DNA of 64,000 nt from Styela clava (Eukaryota). The notes below the pieces were generated by a model that was not told where the DNA came from, did no database searches, and saw nothing but the letters and a program-made list of their open reading frames with translations. Position 1 is the first letter of the stretch, and the number at the start of each line of letters is the position of its first letter. The position numbers and the translations under genes are program-made. Below, in pieces: positions 36,906 through 50,694 of the stretch. The stretch is taken from assembly GCF_964204865.1 (NCBI RefSeq), contig NC_135259.1:17670001-17734000 (forward strand), written 5' to 3'.

Positions 36906-38555
36906 TATAGCTGATGGCATACCCCCACCAAAACAAAAATCCACGAAATAATTTTCTTGTGAAAGACTTTGCGTGGGCGGGGAAGTGAGCAGGGTTGCGT
37001 ATTTCGAACAGAATGAAATGAGTAAATTATTGGACGAGGTGAATTCCCAAATGTTTTTTTTTATTGAAGCCATATTTTTTAAACGCGATTCGACATATGA
37101 CTATTTTCTGAGTTGTTTTTTTATTGTGTGTGAACGCTCAGTATTCTGTCTGAGTGATGTATTCTATGTTATCAGTAGTTCATGAGTTGGCAGGACCTAT
37201 TACAACAAAAAGTCGCATAAAATTACATATCTCTCATTGACTCCCAAGTATTCGAGATTCGATTCGAACAAAAAAATTGATTAAATTCTGAAATCATCAG
37301 GTATTCAAAAATGCCCAGCCATTTAAAGTTGATATGGGCTAGTATAGATATAAGTACAATAACTTTGCCTGGGCGGCGCAGTGAGGAGCGTACCCATCGT
37401 ATGTTTTGTTAGACTCAAACTCATAAAACTATTTAAAGATACAGATATAAATGAAACCATTATTTGAATGCTCAACAGTATTGATTGCCCATCCTACCAT
37501 CCTACCGTAGTTCCATAACTGTTCACTACATTTTGAGACTCAAATATTATATTACAATAACTGACTTCAAATCATTTAAATCATTTCAAAAAATTCTTTT
37601 TTATTAATTCTACCATTGAATGCAAGAATATTTTAATACGCCTTTCGAAAAGCTATTAAAATTTGCAGCTTCATAATTTAATAATTGTCTAGTACTCAAA
37701 ATAGCCATCTACTCGACTTGGTTGTTACAAATGGCAAGAGACTTGGCTCGCCAATTCCTAAAGCTTAAAGCCAATGGAGATTCATTACGGCCACTGTCCA
37801 CTATCTGCTTTCTCGTGATGTTATTCCATAATAGTTTATTCGCCTGTATAGCCAGGCTATCCAAACGCTCTGGAGATTTTATGTACACAGCAGTATGTTC
37901 TGACAATGAATATGTCATTTGTCATTTAGGATTTAGTGTACATGAGACCTGTAAGTTATAAAATGAGTAGTGCTTATTATTTATTCTGTAAATAAAAATG
38001 TTCCTCGCGCAACCATTTGCTATCTAAAATACCTGGCGAGGACTGCCGATATTGTTTTATGTAAGAGTATTCTTATAAATTATGTGTCGTAAATTAACCA
38101 CAAATCAGTAAACTGATTCAAGTTTTATGATCGTGCTTGGTTTGCACTGAGTGGAAGGCCCTCGTGGAATGAAATTTATTATTTGTGGCGGAAAGGTATA
38201 TTTACGAATGTGTAATATATCAATTCGTACGGTCGGGGTTTAATTCGGAATGTGTGGATCTGTTGATTAAAAAATCAATATATTTCAAAGTTTCAAGTTG
38301 TTGCCAAATATACTTCGTGACCAGCCTACTATCTGACTGCAACGTTATATTATATGCATTTGTAAAAAAGGTAAAACGATAGATTGAATTTGACAGAAAT
38401 GGCCGAATTTATTCTGACGTCACATTGCATTTCGTGGAAACCAATCGAGCAACACAGTGAATGTTACACGTGATTATAAGTACAAAAATGACATCATCTT
38501 ATGATGTCACAAATTTTTAATTGACAACCACCCCTGTTCTTGTCTAAATATTGTG

Positions 38556-40510
38556 TTAACCTCTTGAACCCTGCTGGCCGGTTTACCGGCCAGCCCGAGT
38601 TTGCTCTCTCACCCTGCTTGTCGGTTTACCGGCCAGTTTATCGCGTGAAAATAAATCAACTTTATTCCCTCATACCTCAAGAACCACAATAGATATTTAA
38701 GTAAGTCTTATACTGAATGAAAGCTGGTCATTAGAACTATCTACACCTCAAATATTGCTGCTATATTTTCCAATTATCTGAGGATAATTGGCAAAAAATA
38801 GTGTGTAAAATTATTTGATGAAAACAAAAAGTAATATCAAAAATTGACTATTTCCTGCCTGAAAAACCTAATATACAATCGACAATATTTCTAGAGAATT
38901 TGAATAGCTTTTTAAAGACGTATCCAAAACGATTTTACGATGAGCCATTCAAATTTCATGGCCAAATATGTTTGAATTTCTGTAGATTCAACAGCGACGC
39001 TGCGTCAAAATGACGTTCTCATTGAAGCGAGGCTACGTCTCGTCACGCACAACTTTACGTATATTACGGAAATGCAACAAAGCGTGACGATATCCGCAAT
39101 AACGTTACGTCGAAATGTTATTTTTATAAATGTCCGCAGAAAGTAATCAATTAACCCGATTCTACGCATTCAAAATTCGCACTACGCTTTGACTGCCCGC
39201 TCAAGCCCCATTAAGTTGTGGTTACATATACGCAATATGAACAAGATTTTGATTTTATTAGCAATAACGGAACAATAAAGACCATGAAAAATGTATGTGC
39301 ATAAAAGACTGCTTGCTAAAAATTTTAAATTGAATATTCCCCTTTGTTGTGCTCGGAACAATGAAGAACATGAAAATATTATGCAGATAAAACACACCTA
39401 AATTCAATATTGCACTTTGTTGTGCCAGTCATACCAATGGTTGTTGGTTTCGTTACCTATGCGTAGGTACTCTTTACAGTATTTGCATTTATATACTGTC
39501 TTGCATCGTTTCGGCAAGCCTTTGTCTTTAGCAGCTGGATTGGCTTTTTTGACCATATAATATTGTAATTGTAAATTTCGCTGCATACGACGCATCTATT
39601 ATTAGAACTGGCGTTTTGTGGGTGATATATGTCGTGTCGTACGTTTAGTTGCAGTCTTTTTATATCTGTTAAATCTTCTTGTGGTTGCACAATCTTGCAT
39701 TTTTTCGTCAACATCTTGCCTTTTCCAGCGAGATCTTCAAATAGTTGTTCCAGCCATTTATAATGCCTCCTGCACTTTTGTAAGCGTGTCAACTGGTCGT
39801 TTTTATCAGTATACCTCCCATGAATGAATTATAGGCTTTCACTGCTGCCTGGCATGTTATTTCGTGTGTTTCGTTGGTGCTTCAATCCATACAGGGTTAA
39901 AATCATATCGAAACTCGGCGACCGATGTCCCGCTGAGAACGTCGTCGTAAAAGTTATCTTACGCATTTTGCCACGCAACACGTTTCGAACGTACGTATCA
40001 ACATCTTCATGACGTTAGTCACGTGATCGGCTTTTGCGTAGCTGCGTAATCAGTGCGTCATGGCCGCTTATCGAAGTTGTTCACCCGGCACACTGATACA
40101 CAATTGGATATTTAAATATAAAATTGGTTATACAGCAGCCACAATAATAATTCGAATATCAACAAAAAGCTCATAAAGAACTCTTTATGAACATCAATTA
40201 TTGGCATTATATTTTGTACCAAAATAACAAAATTTGGAGCCATACCTCACCCACATGCAGAAAAAACACTGTTAGATTAGAGTCAATTTTATTAATTTTG
40301 ACAAAATATATTTCGAAATGGGAAATACATTCTGAATGCACGATAAAATTTCCATTCGATTGAAATGCCACACAACCTGCTACCTATAATTGGTAAGAAG
40401 TTATAGGCGTGCCAAATAGCCAGTATTTAGACCTATTTTATTGTTCTATCAATACGGCGCCGCGAACCTTCAGGGTGAGCGAGTAACTTCGCTCAGAGCC
40501 GTCAGAGAAT
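38556..40510 (-). mobile_element. piggyBac transposon remnant, internally deleted
   Basis: TTAA-CCTCTTGAACCCTG left end, with an inverted subterminal match near 40470-40500. Minus-strand remnants AVKAYNSFMGG..DKNDQL (third catalytic Asp region) and the Cys-rich tail RCVVC...KTVYKCKYCKEYL...WYDWH. Right end is approximate. Confidence 0.8.
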
Positions 40511-42099
40511 GGTCTGATTTTTATGGCTTGGATATGGTTTGATTTATATCGCGCCTTCAACAATCAAACATGGTTGGACCCACATTGTGTTCAAATATCT
40601 ATTAGTGTTGATTATCATTCGGCCTTTAAATTAAAACGCACTTTATGCAACCATTTGGTATTTTAATCTTGAGTGTGTTTTCATAAATTATTATGGATCA
40701 TAAAGTGACCACCGATCGTTTAATCGTATGTTTTTTAATCGCGCTTAGTTTGCTCTGAGGAAAATATTCGTGTAAATTCAGCGCGTAATTAAATTTTATG
40801 ATTTGTGACACACAATATATCAATCGTTTCCTTTCTGGTTCAAAAAAGTGGATCTGAATAAAAATCATTTTAATTTTTCTGGAAGATGTTGTTATGACTG
40901 TGACGTATGACTGTGTGATGGCCAAGCAATAAATGTTTGTCAAAAATAAATTTATTCATGGATAATATATATTCATACATATACGTATAACAAATTCCCT
41001 ATCTCGGAAAATGTTTTGTATTGTGTTTATGTTTCATTCTGACTGAAAAGACATATATACATTCGGTGAACCTTTTACGTAGTATTCTGCAATTTTGAAT
41101 ATCTATCTATATCTTCAAGGCCATCAGGCGCAACTTTTCAAAATTCATTTAACAGGAAGGCATTAACAATATTTCTCATGTAGCGACTTTTCTTAGGGTT
41201 TTCCCACCCTTTAATAAAAAAAATGCAGTATCCTTTTAAAAATAAATATACTGTGAAGACGTTAGTTTAAAATCGTGTAACTGCCCTACTTTAATGAAAC
41301 CTCACATTTAATATTATTGGAGAATATCATATTGCCATTCCCTTTTTTATTGGTGTCCCTCATTTGTGGAAAAAAAAAATGAGAAATGAAGTCAGATCAT
41401 AATTTATGTCTTTCTTAAATGAACTTGTTTGTCATCTAGGATTTAGTGTATTTGAGTCAAAGGATTCAAAAATACATCTAAATTGGTCGCCATGGCGATC
41501 TGAAAATCATGTAGTTGTTGCCCAACTGACCGTTTAAAATCGCGTCACCGTCGGCCTAAAGTGGACTAACTAAGTAAGGGTAGTAGTGGCTGTTTCGTCT
41601 CCGTCTTTACCTGGTTTTACTTTGAAATGCTGAAAGTTTCTCGCGCATTCGCAACTCGCCACGGCGAAACCATTGGGAACCCTTACATTGCACCGTTTTT
41701 CTTTATCAATTGAACCCTTTCATTTTTCGGTGTTCCGCGAGGTGATATAAAAAGTGTAAGTGGTAAACTGAAAAAGGGAAACTCAGTAATATAAGATATA
41801 GTCACGTAGGGAAAAACAAAATATTTATCATCTATTACCTGAACGAAATATGCGATGCGGTAACTTACCAGAACCATACCTGTACGCCTGATATTCGATC
41901 GCGGGAACGCCTGAAATGATTTAAAAACAGTGTTCTATAATTTTGACGTCACAATCACTAACGCTTAGACTTATCTTGATACATTTTGGCGAAACATCAC
42001 TGTCCATCGGCTAAATGCTTGATTGAAACATCAGCGCAACAGTTATTACAATATAAAATTTTATAATTTTGCACATCCCTAAACGTGTCGTTAGAAGTG

Positions 42100-42344
42100 A
42101 ATTTTCAGTAAACAGAAAGGTTGGTGATGAGCACAGACAATTTCAAAAAACTGGGAAATGCAATATTTTTTTTTGAGCATATGAGCATCCCGATATGTTT
42201 TATCTGCACAGTTAAAGTTGCAGTGCACAAAAAATACAATTTAAACAAGTTGCTAAGCTTTTATTGTGAAAAAACCTGATGCGTCCCGGGCTCATCAAGA
42301 CTCTGCCCCAGCGGCCCTCAAGTAAATTAAGTTTGAGACCCCTG
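42100..42344 (+). mobile_element. hAT-Charlie/SPIN fragment
   Basis: Frameshifted remnant RKVGDEHRQFQ..WEMQYFF..PICFICTVKVAVHKKYNL. Ends GTTTGAGACCCCTG followed by ATCTAGAA. Confidence 0.7.
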
Positions 42345-42351
42345 ATCTAGA

Positions 42352-42961
42352 AGCAAGCTGTAACCGACACCCTACGACAGGGGTCGGCAACCTACGGCCC
42401 GCGACGCTTCACTGAATTATAGTAAAAAAACAGTCGTTTTGACGATTATATTCTTTACGTAATAGAATTTGTTGTGAGACATGTACAGACTAAATTATAT
42501 TATAACCTAAAAAGTATATAATTCACAATTACTCGTTTAATGAGCCCATAATTCAATTATAATTAGACAAATGGCAACAAAACGCAGAAAAGTTGATGCT
42601 AAATGCAAAACGTTCAATAATGCCGAAAATATTCGAACGGGATATTTTGAAAAGCAATTAGGAACTATATCTATGTGTTATTCGAGAGATGTATCACTGC
42701 TTAATTTTTATTATTATAAAAAGTAACATCCGCTCGGTTTCCAACTCTCTAAAAATATGTGCGGCCCGCCAATGACTTTCAACCCTTAATTTTTGCCCGC
42801 GAGCGACAAAAGGTTGCCGAACCTCGCCCTACGGAATCCAACAAACCTCTGGCACATAACAATCCCAGGCGGAATTGAACCTACGACCCTATGAGGGGTA
42901 ATCTGAGGTGCGATGGTAAGCGTATTTCTAAAGCTTAGCGGCGTGCGCCATTCGCCGCGCC
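42352..42961 (-). mobile_element. tRNA-derived SINE interrupted by the hAT MITE
   Basis: Minus-strand head GGCGCGGCGAATGGCGCA (A-box-like) and GGTTCAATTCC (B-box), with extended spacing and no clean cloverleaf. Confidence 0.6.
42378..42826 (+). mobile_element. hAT MITE inserted into a SINE; same family as 46700-47126
   Basis: CAGGGGTCGGCAACCT...AGGTTGCCGA termini with flanks CCCTACGA and CCCTACGG. Retains the MATKRRKVDAK transposase start. Confidence 0.8.
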
Positions 42962-44376
42962 TGAGATTAGTTAATGTGCGCTCGATGTCATAGCTGCGTC
43001 AAGCATCCAGAAAATAAAATGCATCATAAAAGGTTATATTTTCCCGGGAAGAGGGGATAACAGGCTAATTTTTAAGGTGTTTCGAAAACGCTTTCTTATT
43101 CACATATGTACTCGGATACGACGATTTCAAACCGCCAAGATGTCGTGAACTTAAGAGTTGTCTCTTATGGTCGTACCTGTATCATGGTCGCTTTTTACCA
43201 AGCGATTAAAAGTATTTTGAGGCTTTATTCTAGCCACTTAGCTAATGCATTGCTAATATACTGGGCTAACATTAGCAAAGTTTTTCAATGCAGTCAGAAC
43301 GGGTGTGTGATTGTATGTCAGAGATTGACTCTAAATCTTAACATTATGAGTTGTTGTCATCGGTTTGCAGTCGTCTTGACAAGTCATTTTTATATACTTC
43401 GCATAGAACCGAGAATAAAGCTGGGGTATTATGCCTCGAACTTTTGGGTTTGGCGGATAATTTACTGGAAGCTAGAAATTATGACGGTTACAAGTAGTGT
43501 GGAGCAAATACCGACTACCATTCACATTCGGTAAATTAAGTTTTGTGATCATGCGTCAGAAGCGTGATCGGCTTGTAGCGATTCAGAGATAACCAGGAGT
43601 AATCGGAGTAATTATTTGATTACAAATGATTACTTAGTGTTTTCGTCAAATATTTCGCGCGGAAGCCACGAGCGACATCGCATCAGTCGCAACAGTGTGC
43701 GGATAAATGTTGTTGTAGGATGATCAATGGATTTTCTTGTTACCTTCGGAGCAATATTCAGGTGAGTGAAATGTACTTGATAACCCATGCTTTTACTGAT
43801 GTTATATTATTTTCCTCTTTCGATAGTAAAAAAATTGGAATTTGTAACCTAATACGTAAAAATAAATCGGATCACAGAAATAAGTTATTGTTTTGTGATT
43901 TATAAGTCTCATAGTTTGAAATCACAAACTCCTCTCGTTTTTTTGAATCAAATACAAATTCAACAAAAGTTTCATCCATGAGTAGCGGAGAATACGAAGT
44001 TGATAGATTTCACGGCTTATTCAATTCAAGGTCCGATTATTACAAATAGAATCGATCAATCATATATATACTGTAGAGTGTAGAACGCTCTGAATAATTC
44101 TCAAAGTTTGTCTTGTTTTCATTTACTCAACGCTCCACCATGTTAGTTTTATTGGAACAGCTCTGCTGTTTTGTCATTGAGATTTTCGATATTATCGGTT
44201 GTCGCCCGTTATCCTTGCGGGCGCTCCAGAAGTGTGTGTAACCAATGATCGCGTCGTTGCGCACGTAACATACCAGTCTCTCACGATTCTTTTAGTTTGG
44301 TACAATTAGCCTCGTATCAAAATTAAATTTAACCGCAATCTCAACAAATTCCTTGAAAAGTTATTTTTATCTAAAA

Positions 44377-45840
44377 CATAGGTTCTCAAAGTGCTCCGTA
44401 CGGATCCCCAGGGCTCCGCGAGAGAAACCCAGGGGCTCCGCAAGCTATTCGATTACTTTTCAAAATACTGACTTGGCTGATTGTATAACTGTTCAAAGAA
44501 GCAATAACAGCTTCGATAAAATCTGACAACAATATAGCCTCGAAATATGACAAAGAGGCGGAATTAAAAAATGACATTATTTGTAAGCAGGAGCACAGCC
44601 AGGATTCTTAAGAGTGGTTCAAAATTGGAATCGGAAATTTCCGCAAAACATTCGCGATTAAAAAAAACGGATAACGAGATTTCTGTTGCGTAAAATATTC
44701 AATCCATGACCGACGCGAGCATTTACCGTGTCTCGTCGTTATAATGTAATTGTGCTCATCGTTACTCACGTTTGATTCGAGATTACAATTACGATTACTA
44801 AAATGAAAGAATACTATTCTAAAATAACATAGAATACGTGATGAACTGAGTCGTATTTTTGCGATCTTGGGCTTTGTCAAACTTGATTCGTTCTTTCGCA
44901 CTTGAGATTATATTTAAGCAAGATATCACCGTTTAAAGAATCACATAAAGTCTGGGCAAAATACGAACAATCAAAATTTATTTTATTGCATTCGGCTTCG
45001 TCGGTAGTTTCAGAATATAAAAAAGGTATATCGCGGATCGCGCGTACAATCGATTGCGTGCGGCTCCGTCCGTAGTTTCAAAATGGGAAAAAAGGTACAT
45101 CGCGCGGACAATTGACAGTGTTTCGATTTCGCAGTTACTACGATGAAAACCTAACATAACACCAAATTTTGTGATTGACAATGGCTATAAAACCGTTTTC
45201 AATCTAAGGTGAGTCTGCTGAAACCAAACGTGTGATCTCCCATATTAAGTTTTAATATTTTAGAATGCCTATTTTCAATCAAGAATTTCGAGTTGCCGAT
45301 TTACCTCTTTACTAATTATTATTTTCAGCATTTCGTCGCCGACGATTATAAAATGTTTACATATTTTTCACATTGAACTCATAATTCCCCACGAGAACAA
45401 AAAAGCAATTAACTTCGTCATTGTGTAACAATACATGTATATGCCGAGGGAAATTTTTTATTTATGGAGAATAAACACCGACGTAAAGATGTTTAAAGGT
45501 TCAAAAATACGCCATGCTGAGGAAAAAATCGGCGATTGTAACAAAATGCAATCGCGCACATTATTAGCGGCCTTTTAAGTCTTCCAAAAATGTAAAAAGG
45601 GAAAAGATTTGACCCCTAATTCATTAGTATTTTTGCCAAGTGTCAAATTTACAGCTCTAGTATATATAATTTATGTTTGAAATTTAGATTTATTTATGGC
45701 TTGTGTGACTTATGAAGTACATTTAACTTGCTCAGAAATATTATTCTGAAAGTAAAAATTTTAACATTTATTTTGGGGCTCCGTGAATAATAGTCAACAT
45801 TTTCAAAGGCTCCGCAACACCAAAAGTTTGAGAACCCCTG
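44377..45840. mobile_element. hAT element with a perfect 8-bp TSD, probably carrying a nested TTAA-flanked insertion (about 44608-45578)
   Basis: CATAGGTTCTCAAA...TTTGAGAACCCCTG termini. TSD ATCTAAAA at 44369-44376 and 45841-45848. Confidence 0.8.
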
Positions 45841-46021
45841 ATCTAAAACATCAAAATTTAGTTTCAGTTTGGTTGTGGAAGTATCAGGTGGGCCATATTG
45901 AATCAAACAACGGTCGGACTTGGACCGCGGGCCGTACTTTGCCCATGTATGACTATATCAATACCAAAACAACGCAACGAAAACAATTTGAACGTAATAC
46001 TGGAAGTATGTCTCTACGCTA

Positions 46022-46251
46022 GGGGCTCCCGAAGTATGCGAACCAAGATGGCGGACATCGGAATGTAATATGTGTACTAGGTTAAGGTCAGGCCATAATT
46101 TTAGGTATAAATACTACGGGAGGCTCTTGGCTAGTCTTCGAACTGATAATAGGACTAAAATTAGGAAAATTGGAAAAAAATTATGGCCTAACCTGTTACC
46201 CATGTTACGTTCCGATGTCCGCCATCTTGGTTCACATACTTCGGGAGCACC
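46022..46251. mobile_element. Merlin-like palindromic MITE
   Basis: Long TIRs with GG...CC ends. Perfect 8-bp TSD CTACGCTA at 46014-46021 and 46252-46259. Confidence 0.82.
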
Positions 46252-46299
46252 CTACGCTATCTATACATGACAAGCTTGATATAAATTCTTAAGGATAAG

Positions 46300-47360
46300 A
46301 CGAACCTCAAGTATAACGCCAAGGTTTTTTGTAACTTCGTGATATTTTATTTATTGTACATAAATTTAGTTCAGTAGTAACAGGCAGGAATCATAGTGTT
46401 ATGCGAAAGCTTAATATCAATATCTTTGCTTTTTAGAAATATGAAATATGGAGTTAAAAGGAAATAAACGAAATTGAGGAGATCTACAATACAGGTAAAC
46501 AATATTTTGAATATTTTAGTTGACTTTTAGATATTCATTGATTTCCGTAAACAAATGTGACAATTCCACACATTAGTGACTGGAAATGATTTGTCTTTCT
46601 ATATCTACGAACCTCAAGTATACAGCCAAGGCCAAAAGCCAATTTTTTTAAAATTTGTGATATTTTATCTATTGTATATAGATTTAGTTTAGTTTAGTAC
46701 AACCTCCGGCCCGCGGAGCACTATAATCGGGCCGGCGACGCTTCACTAGATTATAGTAACAAAACATCCGATTGGCCAAAAAATTCTTTATACTAAATTA
46801 TATTATAACCTAACAAATATATATTTCACAATTACTTGTTTAATGAGAATATAATTTGATTATAATTAAGCAAATGGCAACAAAACGCAGAAAAGTTGAT
46901 GCTAAGTTCAAAGGCTTCAATGACGCTGAAAATATTCAAATGGAATTTTATGAGATGCAATGAAGAAATAAATCTATGTTCTATTCGAGAGATGTATCAC
47001 TGCTTGATTTTTATTATAAAAAGTACCATCCGTTCTGTTTTTTAACTTTCTAAAAATATGTGCGGCCCGCCAATGACTTTCAATCTTAATTTTTGCCCGC
47101 GAGCGACAAAAGGTTGCCGACTCCTGGTTTAGTACTATCAGACAGGAATCATAGTGTTATGCGAAAGCTTATTATCAATAATATCTTTGCATTTTAGATG
47201 CAGAAATATGAAATATGGAATTAAAAAGAAATAGACGAAATTGAGGAGATCTACAATACAGGTAAACAATGTTTAAATATTTCAGTTGATTTTAGATATT
47301 CATTGATTTCCGTAAACAAATGTGACAATTCTACACATTAGTGACTGGAAATGATTTGTC
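46300..47360 (+). repeat. Tandem duplication (about 300-bp unit); the second unit carries a hAT MITE at 46700-47126
   Basis: Units start ACGAACCTCAAGTATA at 46300 and 46607. The MITE is flanked by TSD GTTTAGTA and the first unit shows the empty site. Confidence 0.85.
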
Positions 47361-50190
47361 ATATATTCCATAAAACATTGCGTACTTTAATTCCTTAGTA
47401 TTTGTCAATTAAATCACTAAATTTACTAGAGAAGCAGTTTTTTTTCTCAAATTGCTTTATATTTTTAGATGAAAATAGCGAGAAGAAATGAAAGTAAAGG
47501 TTTCACTTGCAGATTGCATAATAAGGTACAATATAATAAACTAACACATCTTTCTAAATAAGTAATATATGTAGTTTTTGGTGTCATAAATCATTTTTCC
47601 TGTTTGCTTTTTCGTTTTGAAGTATCGAAGACGCCTGTTATAGAGATATGCTTTATCGAAATAGGTAATCGCGGGAGACGTTGTGATTACCACAAATAGT
47701 AAAATTTCATTCAATGTATGTCCGATGACCATGCCCCGTTAAGAGCAATTCGGGTAAATCTGATGAGCCACAAACTGTAGATCAGTCAGAGTACCATTTT
47801 ATATACCGGTGCGTGAATCCAATTACAGATACTGACGTGGCAATATTTACCGTTTTATATCTGTAGTTCCTTTCTCATTGATATCATTGTCCGTAATAAA
47901 TCTGCATAGCATTTTGGTTCAATCAAATCCGTTTTTACCCCAAAAGGTAGATCACGCGGGCGTACAATACTAGATGAGTGAATGCGACAAAGCGTATCAA
48001 TGTATCCGTGGATCTACCATAGTCGAACTTCCCGTATCGTCACTAAAATAAAATTAAATATATAATAACGTTACTATATAAATCATATACATCCAATTTT
48101 CAAAGTATATCAATATAACCGTAAATCCCACATAGTGTGTATATATCCCCCTTTCCACCTTGTTAGCAGTCATAGTTATCGTCCCATTAATATTCATAAG
48201 CTGTATCATATCTGTATAAGATGTATCGGATATCAGCAATATAGATACTTATATCGGTATGGACTAAATGTAGAACCAATATTTCTGATACATTTGGGTT
48301 TTAATTTGATCCAAGAGCATTTAAAAAAGAAGTTAAAATATGGATGTTGAAATTATTTTTTTTTGCGTGGAGTTATCATGTTCGTGGTATCTGTTGCCTC
48401 CTTAATTTTGAGCCATTTTCGTCCCCACCCATGAGTGTAGAAACAGGATTCTGACTAAAGATGTACCAATGTATCGTTATCGACAATATCGGCCAATTTT
48501 TCTGTATTGGTATTTGTATCGGATAAATTTGGACCTGATATTTTCAATTTATTTAGCTTTTCATTTTGATTCAGAATCATTTGAAAAATAAGTTAGAATA
48601 CTGATGTTGAAATATTTGCTCGAGGTATTGTGTTCGCGGTATTTGTCTCATTAACTCTGAGCCACACTCGATTACGCCCCAGCGATAAGAAACTGGAATG
48701 AAATTCTGGTCCGTTTTTATATATCTGCCAAACTAGCTTTATATAACTAGCCAAACCAATTTTTATATTGCGTTTTTATGCGTAATAACTTGAAATAACA
48801 AAAAACATTAGCTATGATTGAAAGGCTGTATGTAGTCGAATACATAAATACATTAATTCAGAAAAGATTATGCTTTAATTAAGCTTATGCTAAAACATAG
48901 ACCAACTAGAAAGGTAAATAGGTTTAGCCACCCAATAAGGCAACCCAAAAAAATCAATTTGTAATATAGGCTCTGAAAATCGTTTTATTAGCCTGAAAAT
49001 CCGGTTGGATGCAACTAGCTTACACTACATATCTGTTTTACAGAACACTGCTTGTTTCGACAGTTTTTCATTGCATCAAAAGATAAAGATCGAAGATACG
49101 AATAAGCTAACGAAACCAAAGAATGATCAACAAGTAAATTGTATTTAAATTTTTCATTTGAATTTTCGATATCCAGTGAGACGACCACGTCTATAACTCT
49201 GTTTTATTCTGTATGCCCATATTTATTCTTACCACTTGAGTCACTAGTGAGCAACTGTGTAACTTTCTCTTTTAGCTGGTTTGTCAGACTGCCGGCAGTG
49301 TGAAATTTCCTCTGTGTTTTGGGTTATTATTATAGTGTTTTCGTGCCGTTAATCTGTGTAATTCTTGTTGTGAAATGATATTAGTAGTACAGGTTTACTA
49401 GTTCTCCAGTTTGGCATAGTTCTGTTCACTAGTTAGCTGGTATTTAACACTTCCGTAACTAGTCTATTTTCGCAGTTTATTTCCTGTGTGATTTCTATGC
49501 GTATTTCCATGTATATTACGTGTTTGTCGATAAGATAGGATTTGTGTTGTATCTTTAGTGTCATACTAGTTATTCTTATGTATATCTAGGTATGTTTTAC
49601 CCGGTTTTTAGTATCCCATTATAAGTAAATAGTTCATGACTGTGACGTCATAGACCAATTCCGTATCTTGTGTTACGTATGTATCCTACGGTATTTGTAC
49701 TGTGTTTTTATTTGTTTATTGTATTTCTTATTGGAGTATTTGGTTGTATTAAGATGTATAATTAATCTAGTTAGTTAACTTAGTTACTCTGCTATAATTG
49801 GAACCGCAAGAAGATTGTTTTTGAACGACATCTATTGCAACTTCAGTGTCCGATAAGCTGGCAGAAAGAACCTGAGTGGTGATATCAATTTTGGTACGCC
49901 ACACCAGTAACAGTAATTACGGACCGACAGTAGTTTGTCGTATATTCCAGAGATGTGAAAAAACCTTATTGACAGTTCATTGGTATATTGTAAATTTTCA
50001 AAATTGCGCAATTTTAAACTGGCTGACATATTATGGCTAATATTTGGAATTTATAAAATTGAATGACTACAGTACCCGACTACCAAAGTTATTTTAAAAG
50101 TAGCTTACATGTGTGTTTCTATGTGTCTTTCCCACTCTTCAGTGGGCAAGATATCACACTTTGAGGATTGCTGTCACAAAGTTGCGATAC

Positions 50191-50550
50191 TACCGTGTTT
50201 TCCCGAAAATAAGACTTACCCCGAAAAATGAGACCTAGGCTGGATTTTTAAAGTGATTTTACTATAAATAAGCCCTCCCCATAAAATAAGACCTAGTCAA
50301 TAACGAGACATTTTTTTAACTAGTTGGTAGTAAGAAATCGCTCCTAAGCGTTTTCATTTGTTTTGCAGTTGTCTTGGATATAAAACGTGTTATTTATAAG
50401 TAAATGGATACCGGTATTCATAGTTTGTATATTCCATAATCTCGCAATTCTCTACTTTGTAAGCTTGTTTTCGGTAAATGAAAATATAATGCATTCCCCT
50501 AAAATAAGCCCTAGTGTCCAGAAGAAAATTGAAGTAAGATAGGGTCCATA
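50191..50550. mobile_element. pogo/Tigger-like MITE fragment
   Basis: TA-CCGTGTTTTCCCGAAAATAAGAC start with repeated AAAATAAGAC/AAAATAAGCC units. Confidence 0.55.
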
Positions 50551-50694
50551 CGTCCTCCTTTTGTCTTGAAAATTTTACGTTCTGCGAGGACGTTCCCTTT
50601 TTCGTGAGATTGAATATTTAATAAGAGCCCCTTTTTCGTGAGATTGAATATTTAATATTCTCTTATGTGTTTGTGATGTGTTAAATAAGCAACT

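Noticed and set aside
42865-42961. tRNA gene
   Set aside because: A and B boxes are present, but the spacing is too long and there is no acceptor stem or cloverleaf, so it fits a SINE head.
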